DNA from: Planctomycetota bacterium
GTDB lineage: Bacteria; Planctomycetota; Planctomycetia; JALXBF01
NCBI GenBank assembly: GCA_026991575.1
Contig: JALXBF010000116.1
Span: 64,495 to 128,494 of the forward strand
Length of the DNA stretch: 64,000 bases
Reading direction: 5' to 3'
Shown in pieces: positions 8,658-19,171 of the stretch (its first letter is position 1; every line of letters begins with the position of its first letter). The notes under the pieces are model-generated. The model was given only the letters and a program-made list of their open reading frames with translations, was not told the origin of the DNA and did no database searches. A program made the translations under genes and the position numbers.

Positions 8658-10610
8658 GTGGAGCCGATGGGGCCTTTCACGCAAGTCCTCCGCATGGTCC
8701 TGCAATACCGGGGCCGATTGGTTACCGCCCTGATGTTCGCCGTACTGGGCGCCATCCTCTGGGGCGCGAACATCAGCGCAGTCTACCCGCTCATGGAGGT
8801 GCTCTTCCACGAGCAGAACGTCGAAACCTGGTTTGCGGCCAGGGCTCGGGAAGCCAACGAGCGGGCACAGGCATTGATTGAGAGCGGGACCGGGGACCCC
8901 GCGGTTGACGCGCAGGTCGCCGAGCTTCGGTGGAAAGCGCGCTTCTACCGGCAGGCAGCTCGGTTTGCCGCGACCCATCTGCCCGAGGGCCGCTTTGAAA
9001 CGCTCGTGCTCGTTGTCGTCCTTTCGCTTGTGGGCATGACCCTGGCAGGCATCTGCCGGTTCCTGAACGAACTGCTTGTTGGCAACATCACCCAGCGGGC
9101 CATGTACGACCTGCGCCGCCACTTCTACTTCCGCGTCCTGCGGTTGGACCTGGCGCACTTCAGCCGGGACGGTTCGGCTGAACTCATGGCCCGCCTCACG
9201 AACGACATGGAAGCCATCGCCAACGGGCTGAAGATGCTGCTGGGCAAGGCGATCCGGGAACCGCTACGCATCGCCGCATGCATTGGCCTGGCTTGCTGGA
9301 TCAACTGGAAACTTACCCTGGTCACGTTGGTCATGGTTCCCGGCGTCGTGGCCCTGTTGAGCGCGATGACCGGGCGGCTACGTCGTGCCACGCGGCGGCA
9401 TCAAGAAGCGGTCGCCGACATGTACAAGGTGTTGCAGGAGACGTTCCAGTCGATCAAGCTGATCAAGGTTCTCCGCATGGAACCGCACGAGCGGCGTCGC
9501 TTCCTGACTGCCATCGGACGGTACTACCGCCGGGCTATGCGGATCGTGCTGATCGAGGCCGCTCTGCGACCGATGCTTGAGGTGGCTGCCATGGCTGCGG
9601 TGGCCGGCGGGCTGACGCTAGGCGGTTATCTGGTCATCACCGGCCAGACGACCGTGGCAGGTATCCGGTTGGCTGACGAACCAATGACCACCTCGTCACT
9701 GACGCTCGTCTACGCTGCGCTTCTGGGCATCATGGATCCGGTGCGTAAGCTGTCGAAGCTCTACGGCCGCGTCCAGGCTGCTCAGACCGCGGCCCAGCGT
9801 GTTTTTGAGTTCATGGCGCGGCGGCCAACGATCGATGTTCCGGTGCCCGGTGCCGTTGCCCTACCCCGCCACCAGGTGTCGATCGAATTCGACCATGTTT
9901 TCTTCGAGTACGTTCCTGGGGTGCCGATCCTGATCGACGTTTGCTTGGAGATTCCCCACGGGGAGGTGGTTGCGTTCGTTGGGCCGAATGGCTCGGGCAA
10001 GTCCACGCTGGTCTCGCTCGTGCCCCGCCTCTACGATCCGACTGCTGGAGCCGTACGCATCGATGGCCACGATCTGCGTGAGGTGAAGCTGCGTTCGCTA
10101 CGGGCGCAGATCGGGTTCGTAACCCAGGAGGTCGTGCTCTTTGACGACACGATCCTGGAAAACATCCGCTACGGGAAGCCGTGGGCGAGCGAGGAGGAGG
10201 TCTACGAGGCGGCGCGGCGGGCCTTCGTGGACCAGTTCGTGCATAGACTGCCCCAGGGTTACCAGACCAGAGTCGGTGAGCACGGCACCAGGCTTTCGGG
10301 GGGCCAACGGCAGCGGATCGCGCTAGCGCGCGCGATTCTCCGCGACCCAGCTATCGTTATCCTCGACGAAGCGACGTCCGCCGTGGATCCGGAGAGCAAG
10401 CGACTGATCCAGCAGGCATTGGCTGAGTTCTGCCGAGGGCGCACGGCACTGATCGTAACGCACCGGCTAGAAACGCTGGAATGGGTAGACCGTGTGGTCG
10501 TCATGGACCACGGGCGGATCGAAGCGGAGGGCCGGCCAGAGGAGGTGATGACTCGGTCGCGCGTGTTCGCGCGGCTCTGCGGCCCTGGGCAGCTCCGCAA
10601 GAGCGCCTGA
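8658..10610 (+). CDS. ABC transporter, fused permease/ATP-binding protein (MsbA/lipid exporter-like)
   Basis: A six-TM N-terminal domain is followed by an NBD with Walker A GPNGSGKST, signature LSGGQRQR and Walker B ILDEATSAVD. The start could be 8658 to 8694. Confidence 0.85.
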   Translation: MEPMGPFTQVLRMVLQYRGRLVTALMFAVLGAILWGANISAVYPLMEVLFHEQNVETWFAARAREANERAQALIESGTGDPAVDAQVAELRWKARFYRQAARFAATHLPEGRFETLVLVVVLSLVGMTLAGICRFLNELLVGNITQRAMYDLRRHFYFRVLRLDLAHFSRDGSAELMARLTNDMEAIANGLKMLLGKAIREPLRIAACIGLACWINWKLTLVTLVMVPGVVALLSAMTGRLRRATRRHQEAVADMYKVLQETFQSIKLIKVLRMEPHERRRFLTAIGRYYRRAMRIVLIEAALRPMLEVAAMAAVAGGLTLGGYLVITGQTTVAGIRLADEPMTTSSLTLVYAALLGIMDPVRKLSKLYGRVQAAQTAAQRVFEFMARRPTIDVPVPGAVALPRHQVSIEFDHVFFEYVPGVPILIDVCLEIPHGEVVAFVGPNGSGKSTLVSLVPRLYDPTAGAVRIDGHDLREVKLRSLRAQIGFVTQEVVLFDDTILENIRYGKPWASEEEVYEAARRAFVDQFVHRLPQGYQTRVGEHGTRLSGGQRQRIALARAILRDPAIVILDEATSAVDPESKRLIQQALAEFCRGRTALIVTHRLETLEWVDRVVVMDHGRIEAEGRPEEVMTRSRVFARLCGPGQLRKSA

Positions 10611-10915
10611 GCCCGCCCGCCGGTACCCGCCTCGTGGCAGCGTCCTCTGCTGTTGCAAGCCCGCGTCCCCCAAGACCGACGGCGGCCGTCCCCTTGCACA
10701 TGCCCGAGACGTAGTCGGCACGCGTTGCCTGCGACATGGGCTCGCTTCCGGAACGCCCCGCCCCGACGGGCCGCTGGCGGCGGCGAGCCACGGTCATAGT
10801 GCACGCGGTGTAACGGTTTTGACACAAAAGAGGCGTATGTACGACAATACGATGGACGTGGCGCTGCCGCGGGGTTGGTCAGCACGCAGTGGGGCGATGC
10901 CAAGGAGCGCGTTCG

Positions 10916-12625
10916 ATGAGTGGAAGAGCCACGTTTGCACGGCTAGTCCTTGCCTTGTGCGGTCCCGTTCTCATCGTGTCCGCCCTGTCCCTGTCGAGTC
11001 CTGCGAAAGACGCCAGGCCACCTCAGTACGCACCGAACGTCGAATGGATCAATCGGCTTGTGCGGGCCAAGTGGGCTGAGGATCCCGAGAACCCGCTGAA
11101 ACCCTCCGAGCCAGCCACCGATGCAGAGTTCGTCCGCCGCATCTACCTGGACATCCTGGGCAGGATCCCGTCCGCCTCCGAAGCGCGCCAGTACATCCTC
11201 AGCAGGGACAAGGACAAGAAAGTCAAGCTGGTCCGACGGCTGCTCTACGAGGAGCCGTACGCGTCTCGCTACGCCAGCTACTGGGCAACCATCTGGAGCG
11301 ATCTGCTTGTGGGCCGCAACCCTGACTCGAGGGACGTGAATAAGGCGGCGCTGACGAAGTGGCTCCGAGACGCCTTTGCCAGCAACCGCCCGTGGAACGA
11401 AATCGTCTATGAGCTCATCACGGCTACGGGCGCCAGCAGCCCGGAAAGTCTGAAAGACGGCGTTCCGTTTAACGGCGCGGTCAACTTCCTACTGGCTCAC
11501 CGGGGCGACCGCGCCACCCGCAACGTCCCCGCCACGTCATTCACGACGCGGTTGTTCCTGGGGGTTCAGGTCCAGTGCACGCAGTGCCACGATCACCCCT
11601 TTAACGATCGCACCCAGAAGGACTTCTGGGGGATCAACGCGTTCTTCCAGCAGATGACCGTCGAACGGGTCACGGACGTGACTGACACCGGCCGCCGAGT
11701 GATCCGGTACGTGATCTTGAAGGACCGCAAGCTCTACTCCGGTGACCCGCTCTTCGTGCTGTACGAACGGCGGAACGGTCTGGTGATTGCTGCCGTGCCC
11801 CGGTTCCTTGATGGCCGGGAGATCCGCGAAGCAACGGAAGGATTGAACCTCCGCGAAGAGCTGGCCAAGTGGATCACCTCCGACGAGAACCCATACTTCG
11901 CCCCGGCCATCGTCAACCGCATGTGGGGGCACTTCCTGGGCAAAGGCATCGTCCACCCGGTGGATGACCTGGGCAAACACAACCCGCCAAGCAATCCGGA
12001 ACTGCTCTACCGCCTGGCGGCGAACTTCAAAGAGGCCGGCTATGATCTGAAGCAACTCATTGAATGGATCACACTCAGTGAGCCGTACGGCCTGAGCAGC
12101 CGAACCAACCGGACGAACGAAAAGGATGACGTGTACTTTAGCCACTATCTGTTGAAGCAGATGTCGCCGGATCAGTTCTTCGAATCGCTGATGGTGGCCT
12201 CCGAGGCATACAAATCGGGCGTCAGTCCCGAGGAGGCGTACCGGATGAAGCAGGAGCTGAAACGGCAGTTCACGGCCGTCTTCGGCAACGACGAGAACAC
12301 GGAAGCGGACACCTTTGCCGGCACGATCCCTCAGGCGCTGCTGATGATGAACGGCCGCCTGATCCAGCGTGCCGTGTCATTGCAGAAGGGAAGCTACCTA
12401 CGACGGTTGATCGACCGCACGCGGCGGAAGTACCGGCGAGGCGCGCCGGCAAGAATCATCGATGAGCTGTACCTGAGTGCGCTGAGCCGGTTCCCGAGCC
12501 GCAAGGAACGGTCTGCTGCGCTGCGAATGGTTTCCCAGTACGCGGCGCGCGGGCAGGAGGACGCTGCTTACCAGGACATCTTCTGGGCGCTGTTGAATTC
12601 GGCGGAATTTGCGTTGATCCATTGA
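10916..12625 (+). CDS. PSD1-type protein (DUF1549/DUF1553) with a CxxCH motif
   Basis: A signal-like N-terminus (MSGRATFARLVLALCGPVLIVSA) precedes the DUF1549 hallmark VQCTQCHDHPFND, which contains a CxxCH heme-type motif. It is 570 aa and is followed by a DUF1501 gene, the classic Planctomycete pairing. The start ATG at 10916 is in frame with the track ORF. Confidence 0.75.
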   Translation: MSGRATFARLVLALCGPVLIVSALSLSSPAKDARPPQYAPNVEWINRLVRAKWAEDPENPLKPSEPATDAEFVRRIYLDILGRIPSASEARQYILSRDKDKKVKLVRRLLYEEPYASRYASYWATIWSDLLVGRNPDSRDVNKAALTKWLRDAFASNRPWNEIVYELITATGASSPESLKDGVPFNGAVNFLLAHRGDRATRNVPATSFTTRLFLGVQVQCTQCHDHPFNDRTQKDFWGINAFFQQMTVERVTDVTDTGRRVIRYVILKDRKLYSGDPLFVLYERRNGLVIAAVPRFLDGREIREATEGLNLREELAKWITSDENPYFAPAIVNRMWGHFLGKGIVHPVDDLGKHNPPSNPELLYRLAANFKEAGYDLKQLIEWITLSEPYGLSSRTNRTNEKDDVYFSHYLLKQMSPDQFFESLMVASEAYKSGVSPEEAYRMKQELKRQFTAVFGNDENTEADTFAGTIPQALLMMNGRLIQRAVSLQKGSYLRRLIDRTRRKYRRGAPARIIDELYLSALSRFPSRKERSAALRMVSQYAARGQEDAAYQDIFWALLNSAEFALIH

Positions 12626-12691
12626 GCGGGCGGGCACCAGGCAAGACTCGAGCGGCGCCGACACGGGCGCGACCCTGGAGCTGGAGGTACC

Positions 12692-13984
12692 GTGATGCGG
12701 AACGAGCTTCCGAAGCCTGCAGGCATGACCCGGCGGCATTTTCTAGCGCACCTGGCCACGACGTCGCTGGCCATCCCCGCACTGGGCTGGCTGGAGAACA
12801 TGCGAGCCCATGCGGATCAGATCCGCAAGCAGGGCAAGAGCGTGATCTTGCTCTGGATGTCCGGCGGTCCGGCGACGATTGACATGTGGGACATGAAGCC
12901 AGGGGCGGAAACGGGGGGCGAATTCAAGCCGATTTCGACAAGCGTACCGGACATCCATATCTCCGAACACCTGCCCGAAACGGCCAAGATCATGCATCAC
13001 CTGGCGATCATCCGCTCGATGAGTACCGTCGAAGCGGACCACAGCCGGGGTACGTACAAGATGCACACCGGTTACCGGCCGAGCAACTCAATGCAACATC
13101 CGTCGTTCGGAGCGCTGGTGGCTCACCAGCTCGGGCCGAAGGTCGACATCGACTTGCCGCACTTTATTGCCATCAACACCCCTAGCGTCGGACCAGGTTT
13201 CCTGGGCATGGCCTACGCCCCGTTCGTTGTGAACAACCCCGGCTCGCCGATCGCGAACATCAAGCCGCCGGCCGGCATCGACTCGCTACGCCAACGCAAC
13301 CGACTGGGCTACCTGTCGTTCATCGAGCGGGACTTCATCCGTCAGAAGCGTGGCCGGGCGGCCCAGGACCACATGGACGTGTACAAGAAAGCAGTCCGCT
13401 TGATGACTTCCGACCAACTCAAGGCGTTTGACCTCTCGCAGGAGGACGAGCGCACCAAGGAACGGTACGGTGACAACAGCTTCGGCCGGGGCTGCTTGAT
13501 CGCACGCCGTCTGGTTGAAGCTGGTGTGGCGTTCGTCGAGGTTGGCCTCGGTGGGTGGGACACACACAGCAACACGTTTGAGGCCCATCGCACGCGGCTC
13601 CAGCCCACGGTGGACAAGGCGCTATCGGCCCTGGTGACCGATCTGGTGTCGCGTGGCCTGTACGAGAAGACGCTGGTGGTGTGGATGGGTGAGTTTGGTC
13701 GCACCCCGAGGATCAACCAGAATGTGGGCCGTGACCACTATGCTCGTGCCTGGTCCGTGGTGGTCGGCGGCTGCGGCCTGGCTGGTGGCGCTGTGATTGG
13801 CAAGACGAATGCTGACGGCACCGAGGTGGTTGATCGCCCGGTGGATACACCGGATCTGATCGCAACGTTCTGCAAGGCGTTGGGAATCCCAACGGACCTG
13901 AAGTTCATCACGCCCAACGGGCGGCCTTACTGGATCGTGGACCGTAATGCGGGCGCAAGCCCGATTGAGGAACTCTTTAGCTAA
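12692..13984 (+). CDS. DUF1501 family protein (sulfatase/alkaline-phosphatase-like fold) with a Tat signal
   Basis: A twin-arginine motif (MTRRHFLAHLATTSLAIPAL) is present. The length and composition fit DUF1501, which is always found paired with DUF1549/1553. An alternative start is ATG 12725. Confidence 0.75.
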   Translation: MMRNELPKPAGMTRRHFLAHLATTSLAIPALGWLENMRAHADQIRKQGKSVILLWMSGGPATIDMWDMKPGAETGGEFKPISTSVPDIHISEHLPETAKIMHHLAIIRSMSTVEADHSRGTYKMHTGYRPSNSMQHPSFGALVAHQLGPKVDIDLPHFIAINTPSVGPGFLGMAYAPFVVNNPGSPIANIKPPAGIDSLRQRNRLGYLSFIERDFIRQKRGRAAQDHMDVYKKAVRLMTSDQLKAFDLSQEDERTKERYGDNSFGRGCLIARRLVEAGVAFVEVGLGGWDTHSNTFEAHRTRLQPTVDKALSALVTDLVSRGLYEKTLVVWMGEFGRTPRINQNVGRDHYARAWSVVVGGCGLAGGAVIGKTNADGTEVVDRPVDTPDLIATFCKALGIPTDLKFITPNGRPYWIVDRNAGASPIEELFS

Positions 13985-14300
13985 TCTGCTCTGACGAGCG
14001 ATCCGGCCGCGATGCCAGCGCGGGCGCGTACCCGCGACGCGCGGGTATGGGTGTTGTGCGCCGCCCGCCGCGGCGCCCTGTGCGCGTGCTTGCGGATCTG
14101 CGGCATAGCAGCCGATTTGCCGTGCCAGCGCCGGGCGGTTGACCGTGTGCTTAGGAGCGAGGTAGGATGCAAAGGCGTGCGGGGTACCGGCGCTAGCAAC
14201 GTTGAGGGGTGTGGTGCGAGCCGGCGCGTGACCCTACCTGCTTGCCCCGAAAACTACTCCGTCCCCGGGGTCACTCACCCGACAGGAGTGCCTATCGTCG

Positions 14301-15011
14301 ATGTCTCCTGTGATTGTGACACTGCGGGTCGTCGACGGACCTGATCGCGGCATCGTGTTCGATGACCTCAGACCCACCATCAAGATCGGTCGCGAGGAAG
14401 GCAACACGGTCCGCCTGCGCGACGAACGGGCCAGTCGTTTCCACGCCAAGATCCACGAGGACGCCGGCGAAATCCTTATCACCGACCTGGAAAGCACCAA
14501 CGGGACCTGGGTCAACGGCGAGCCGGTCCAGATCGCCCCGCTCAACCCTGGCGACCGCATCATGATCGGCCGCTCCGTGCTGGTTATCGACTACCACCGC
14601 CCGGACGTTCCCGACGAAAAAACGATCGATCAGCAGGCCACGTTCCTTCTTGGCGGTGACGCTACAGACGAGATGCCGGAGGAGATGAGCACACCGGTTC
14701 TGGAACTGATCCAGCAACAGGCCGATGCCACGGCTGCGGCCAAGGACCAGGAACGGACCCCGACCGGCCCGCCTGCGGCACAGCGTGCCAAGCTCCCGCG
14801 TCTGCCCCAAGGTCTCAGTCCCGGTCAAACAGCAGGCCTGGCCCGCATTTTCGACACATTGCACAAGCAGCTAGCGCCTATTCTGTCAGAGGCCCGCGTC
14901 GACCAGGCTACTAAGACCGTCCACCTCAGCCCGCAACAGTGGCAACAAGTCCTTGAGCTAGCGTGGATGCTCAGCACGTACTACCGGCGGCTGGTTGAGC
15001 CCGACACTTAA
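14301..15011 (+). CDS. FHA domain-containing protein
   Basis: The N-terminal 100 aa match an FHA fold (IGREEGNTVRLRDERASRFHAKI ... TDLESTNGTWVNGEPV). The C-terminal half is Pro/Gln/Ala-rich. Confidence 0.75.
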   Translation: MSPVIVTLRVVDGPDRGIVFDDLRPTIKIGREEGNTVRLRDERASRFHAKIHEDAGEILITDLESTNGTWVNGEPVQIAPLNPGDRIMIGRSVLVIDYHRPDVPDEKTIDQQATFLLGGDATDEMPEEMSTPVLELIQQQADATAAAKDQERTPTGPPAAQRAKLPRLPQGLSPGQTAGLARIFDTLHKQLAPILSEARVDQATKTVHLSPQQWQQVLELAWMLSTYYRRLVEPDT

Positions 15012-15070
15012 CGGCCCGCCCAGGGCACCGGCCGCGGGCCTTGGCCTGACAGCTGCGCGCGTTCCGGGTA

Positions 15071-15100
15071 CATTTGTATGGCCACCATTTGTATGGCCAC
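15071..15100. repeat. perfect 15-bp tandem duplication (CATTTGTATGGCCAC x2)
   Basis: Read directly from the sequence. It is AT-enriched relative to the flanks and lies between the FHA gene stop (15011) and the membrane-protein ORF. Confidence 0.9.
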
Positions 15101-16354
15101 CGACGCGTGTTGGCCTGTCCGCACCGACTTGCTGCATGCCAGAGGAAGCTGGTGGCAGGCAACCCGTTCCATGCGCAGATAAACCTGGCCGCCTACGGCT
15201 ACCTGTGCAGTGCGCTGTGGATCGCCCTCTTCTTTAAGTTTGGGCGACCCTTCAGCTTGCGCAATCTTGACGTGATCGCACTGCAGGTTCCCCTGGTCGG
15301 ATTGCTCGCCCTGGCCTGGCATCCTCCGGCCGGCTATGCCGTGCTACTGGCCTGGTGCCTGGGCGTGCTGCTCCGCTGCCTGCTCGACCCGGCGCTGGTC
15401 AGGCGACCGGCTCTGGGAACAAACGCAACGCCCGGTGCGCTGGCGTTCCTGGGAAGCCTCGCAGCACTGGCTACCTTTGTCCAACTGGACCAGGTCCGTC
15501 GTACAAGCATGCCGCGCGTGGCCGTGGCCAGAGGCATACAGCGCGCAGCGGATGCTGATGGCCCGGTGCCGGCAACCGAACCCTTGGCGTTCACCGGCCC
15601 CGTGGTCCTGCCCGTGGACCGACTCGTGCAGCTCGCCCGTGGCTCGACACTGCAGCTTTGGCTCATGCGTTTCGTCGTCACCATGCTTCACGTCCTGGTA
15701 GCACTCGGGCTGGCACAGACTGGAGTTCGGTGGTTCGCGGACCGCACGACGGCCGTTGCCATGGCCACCGCCTACCTGATCACGGCGTTTCCTCTGTGGG
15801 CCGGTCTGAACCTCCATCACGTCCTGCCAGCACTGGGCCTGGTTTGGTGCATTGCCCTATTCGACTGGCCGCTGGCCTCGGCTGGCCTGCTTGGCCTCCT
15901 GTCCATTGTCTGCGACGGCATGCTGCTGCTCGTGCCATTGTGGCTTCCGGTACTGGCGCGGTACGACCGCCGGCAAGCCTGGGCAGGTTGCGCGGTTGGT
16001 ATCCTGATGGGCCTGCTCGTGTGTTGGTTCTTCGGTGCGTCACCGGCGCTGGCCCCGGAGCGAATGCTGGCTGTCTACGTGGGGCGTTTTGAGCTAACCG
16101 CCGAGCAAGGACTCTGGGCTCAATGGCCCGCGGCATTTCGACTACCGGCCCTGGCCATCCATCTCTGTTTCGTCGTCTTGTTCATGGCCTGGCCCCTGCA
16201 CAAGAACCTGGCCGATCTGGTTGCAGCCAGCGCTGCCGTCGTCGCGGGCATACAGTGGTGGTACCCGATCATGGGGGGAACATACGTGACATGGATCGTG
16301 CCGCTCATGATCCTGCTTGTCTTCCGTCCGACGTTGGTCCGGGTCAAAGCCTAG
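15074..16354 (+). CDS. polytopic integral membrane protein (start uncertain)
   Basis: The ORF is very hydrophobic with more than 10 predicted TM segments and has no soluble domain. Its first 9 codons translate the tandem repeat, so the true start is probably downstream. Confidence 0.5.
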   Translation: MYGHHLYGHRRVLACPHRLAACQRKLVAGNPFHAQINLAAYGYLCSALWIALFFKFGRPFSLRNLDVIALQVPLVGLLALAWHPPAGYAVLLAWCLGVLLRCLLDPALVRRPALGTNATPGALAFLGSLAALATFVQLDQVRRTSMPRVAVARGIQRAADADGPVPATEPLAFTGPVVLPVDRLVQLARGSTLQLWLMRFVVTMLHVLVALGLAQTGVRWFADRTTAVAMATAYLITAFPLWAGLNLHHVLPALGLVWCIALFDWPLASAGLLGLLSIVCDGMLLLVPLWLPVLARYDRRQAWAGCAVGILMGLLVCWFFGASPALAPERMLAVYVGRFELTAEQGLWAQWPAAFRLPALAIHLCFVVLFMAWPLHKNLADLVAASAAVVAGIQWWYPIMGGTYVTWIVPLMILLVFRPTLVRVKA

Positions 16355-16361
16355 CGTACCC

Positions 16362-17441
16362 TCAGCGAATAACCCGCACACGCCCGCTCCCGGCTTCAAC
16401 ATGCCCAATGGCCCAGGCCGGACAATTGCTTGTGCGTAGGCGTTCGAGGATGCTGTCGGCGTAATATGGCCGCACCACCATCACCATGCCCAGGCCCAGG
16501 TTGAACACTCTCAACATCTCGTCCCACTCGATTGGCCCGAGCCGCTCCAGCCAGGCGAATACGGCGGGCACCGGCCAGCTTCCCCAGCGGAGCACGGCAT
16601 CGACGTTGTGCGGAAGGATTCGCTTCAGGTTGCCAGGGATCCCCCCTCCGGTGATGTGGGCAATGCCACGGATGACTCGTTTGACCCGGTAGTGGGCCAG
16701 CACGTTCAGCACGGGCCGCACGTAGATCCTGGTCGGGCGAAGGAGCTCTTCGGCAACGGTCGTGCCAAGATCCGCCACGAAATCATCTGGCTTCAGACCG
16801 GCGCGGTCAAAGACGACGTGCCGCACGAGGCTGTAGCCGTTGGCGTGCAGCCCGCTGGAGGCCATGCCGAGGATAACATCCCCGGGCCGAATCGCTTCGC
16901 CCGTGACGATCTTGTATTCCTCGACAACCGCCACGCAGAAACCAGCCATGTCGTACAGCCCCTGCGGATAGTGCCCGGGCATGATTGCCGTCTCGCCCCC
17001 CAAGAGGGCGCAGTTCGCTTCCTGGCACCCCGCTGCAATGCCCCTGACGAGCTCTTCCACCAGCGGCGGATCGTCCTTGCCCAGCGCGATGTAGTCCAGG
17101 AAAAACAGGGGCTCACCGCCCATAGCGAGGCAGTCGTTGACGCACATGGCGACTAGGTCGATGCCGACCGTATCGTGCCGGCCTGCTGCCACGGCCACCT
17201 GTAGTTTGGTGCCGACGCCGTCCGTACTGGCCACCAGGACCGGCCGGCGGTACTGGCGTGCAAACAGCGGGGCGCGTTCTTCGAGGCGAAACAGCCCGGC
17301 GAAGCTGTTGACCACTGGCAGCACCCTGGCGGTATGCGTCGTGCGTACCAGTCGCCCGATGCGTTCGATCGCTTCGTCGTACCGGTCCAGGTCGACGCCG
17401 GCGTCCCTGTAGCTGATCGGCTTGTCCGCTGGGTCGTTCAT
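16362..17441 (-). CDS. purM: phosphoribosylformylglycinamidine cyclo-ligase (AIR synthetase)
   Basis: It contains the PurM motifs ISYRDAGVDLD ... GLFRL ... DGVGTKL ... ALLGGETAIMPG. Confidence 0.9.
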   Translation of the reverse strand: MNDPADKPISYRDAGVDLDRYDEAIERIGRLVRTTHTARVLPVVNSFAGLFRLEERAPLFARQYRRPVLVASTDGVGTKLQVAVAAGRHDTVGIDLVAMCVNDCLAMGGEPLFFLDYIALGKDDPPLVEELVRGIAAGCQEANCALLGGETAIMPGHYPQGLYDMAGFCVAVVEEYKIVTGEAIRPGDVILGMASSGLHANGYSLVRHVVFDRAGLKPDDFVADLGTTVAEELLRPTRIYVRPVLNVLAHYRVKRVIRGIAHITGGGIPGNLKRILPHNVDAVLRWGSWPVPAVFAWLERLGPIEWDEMLRVFNLGLGMVMVVRPYYADSILERLRTSNCPAWAIGHVEAGSGRVRVIR

Positions 17442-17444
17442 CGG

Positions 17445-19109
17445 TCACTCCATCGTTCGAACGGGAATCGCCTCGTCGCTCAGATAAGCAAGCATCTCAG
17501 GCACCGGTTCGGTCAGCCGTGCGTAGCAGCGCACAATAGCTGCGGCCACTCTCAGGCCGTCCACTGCGGCACTGACGATGCCACCGGCATAACCGGCTCC
17601 TTCGCCGCAAGGGTACAAGCCTTCGATGCCGGGCACGTGCATGGCCTCAGGCAGACGCGGGATCCTTACCGGGGCACTGCCCCGTGCTTCAGGCCCGACC
17701 AGCGTGGCGTCTCGCAGCAGCGCGCCCTTGAGCTGCCGGTCCAACGCAGGAAGCCCTTCATGCAGGGCGCGGAGTACGGGCCCTGGCAAGATCGTGTGCA
17801 GATCGCCGGGCACCACCCCCCGACGATGGCTGGAGGGAATCTGACCGCGACTGGGCCGCCCGGCCAGGAAATCGGCCGCCCACTGGATCGGTGCCAGATA
17901 CTGGCGCTGACCCGCATGATAAGCACGCGATTCACTCAACCGCTGGAAGACCACGCCGGCCAAAGGATCGGACGTTGTGAGTTCTTGCGGGGAAATGGTG
18001 ACCACGAGTCCGCTGTTGGCAAACGGCGAGTCACGCTTCGCATAACTCATTCCGTTCGTGCAGTAAAAGCCAGCTTCCGAAACGCTTGGAATCACATAGC
18101 CGCCCGGACACATGCAGAATGTGTACAGGGCACGGGGGGTCTGTACCTTCAGCTCGTACTCGGCCGGTCCCAACTGCGGATGGCCTGCATGCGGCCCATA
18201 GCAGGCCCGGTTCACCTGCTCCTGGGGCTGCTCGATGCGGGCTCCGAATTGGAACGGCTTTAGCGTAAGCGGGACGCCGCGGCGGAGCAGCATCGCATAG
18301 ACGTCCCGGGCGCTGTGGCCGGTGGCGAGGACCACGACCTCTGCAGGCACCCGTCCCGCGGCCGTGTACACGGCACGGACCCGGCCGTCGGCCAGCTCCA
18401 GATCCTCAACCCGGCAGCCGAACCGGAACTCGGCACCGGCCTGCACGAGACGACGGCGGAGCGCTTTAACCACCGCGGGCAAGCGATTGCTACCCAGGTG
18501 AGGGCGTGCCTCCCAGAGGATTTCCGGGCGGCCCTTGTGGGCTGCCAGGATGCGCAGTGCCACGTGCACTTCCGCCCCGGACCGACGACAGGTCAGTTTC
18601 CCGTCGCTGAACGTGCCGGCACCGCCCTCGCCAAAGAGGTAGTTGGATTCCGGGTCGAGCGGCCCCCCGGCCTCGAACCGCGCCACATCCTTGATCCGCT
18701 CCTGCACCGCTTTGCCCCGCTCTAGAACCAGCGGCGGGTAGCCGCAGGCAGTAAGCAGCCAGGCAGCAAACAGACCAGCAGGGCCCGCGCCCACGACGAC
18801 AGGCCGCCACCGCAACGGACGTTCCCCGGGCACCGGCACCGGCATCTGAGCCGGGCGGTAGGGTGCGACTCCAGGAGGAAGGCGGTCCGAGCGCAGGCGG
18901 GGAGAGTACACCAACTCGGCCTCTACCGTGTAGACAAAGTTGATCTGGCGCGGACGGCGTGCATCAAGGCTGCGACGTAGAATGCGGTACCGTCGAACCG
19001 CAGAACGGGGCACGCGCAGCCGGCGGGCAATCCGCTCAGGCAATTCGGCCTCGCTTGCGCCTAGCGGAAGACGAAGCTGCGCAACCCTGAGTCTGACGGT
19101 CTCGCGCAT
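17445..19109 (-). CDS. FAD-dependent oxidoreductase (COG2509-like uncharacterised dehydrogenase)
   Basis: A Rossmann GxGxxG motif (VVVGAGPAGLFAAWLL) follows an Arg-rich N-terminal region of about 90 aa. It is about 550 aa and sits immediately upstream of purM. Confidence 0.65.
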   Translation of the reverse strand: MRETVRLRVAQLRLPLGASEAELPERIARRLRVPRSAVRRYRILRRSLDARRPRQINFVYTVEAELVYSPRLRSDRLPPGVAPYRPAQMPVPVPGERPLRWRPVVVGAGPAGLFAAWLLTACGYPPLVLERGKAVQERIKDVARFEAGGPLDPESNYLFGEGGAGTFSDGKLTCRRSGAEVHVALRILAAHKGRPEILWEARPHLGSNRLPAVVKALRRRLVQAGAEFRFGCRVEDLELADGRVRAVYTAAGRVPAEVVVLATGHSARDVYAMLLRRGVPLTLKPFQFGARIEQPQEQVNRACYGPHAGHPQLGPAEYELKVQTPRALYTFCMCPGGYVIPSVSEAGFYCTNGMSYAKRDSPFANSGLVVTISPQELTTSDPLAGVVFQRLSESRAYHAGQRQYLAPIQWAADFLAGRPSRGQIPSSHRRGVVPGDLHTILPGPVLRALHEGLPALDRQLKGALLRDATLVGPEARGSAPVRIPRLPEAMHVPGIEGLYPCGEGAGYAGGIVSAAVDGLRVAAAIVRCYARLTEPVPEMLAYLSDEAIPVRTME

Positions 19110-19171
19110 GGGAGGGGTCCGATGAGCCGTAAGGAGTGCAAGTCATTCTAAGCCGACTGTGATCCTCGAAC

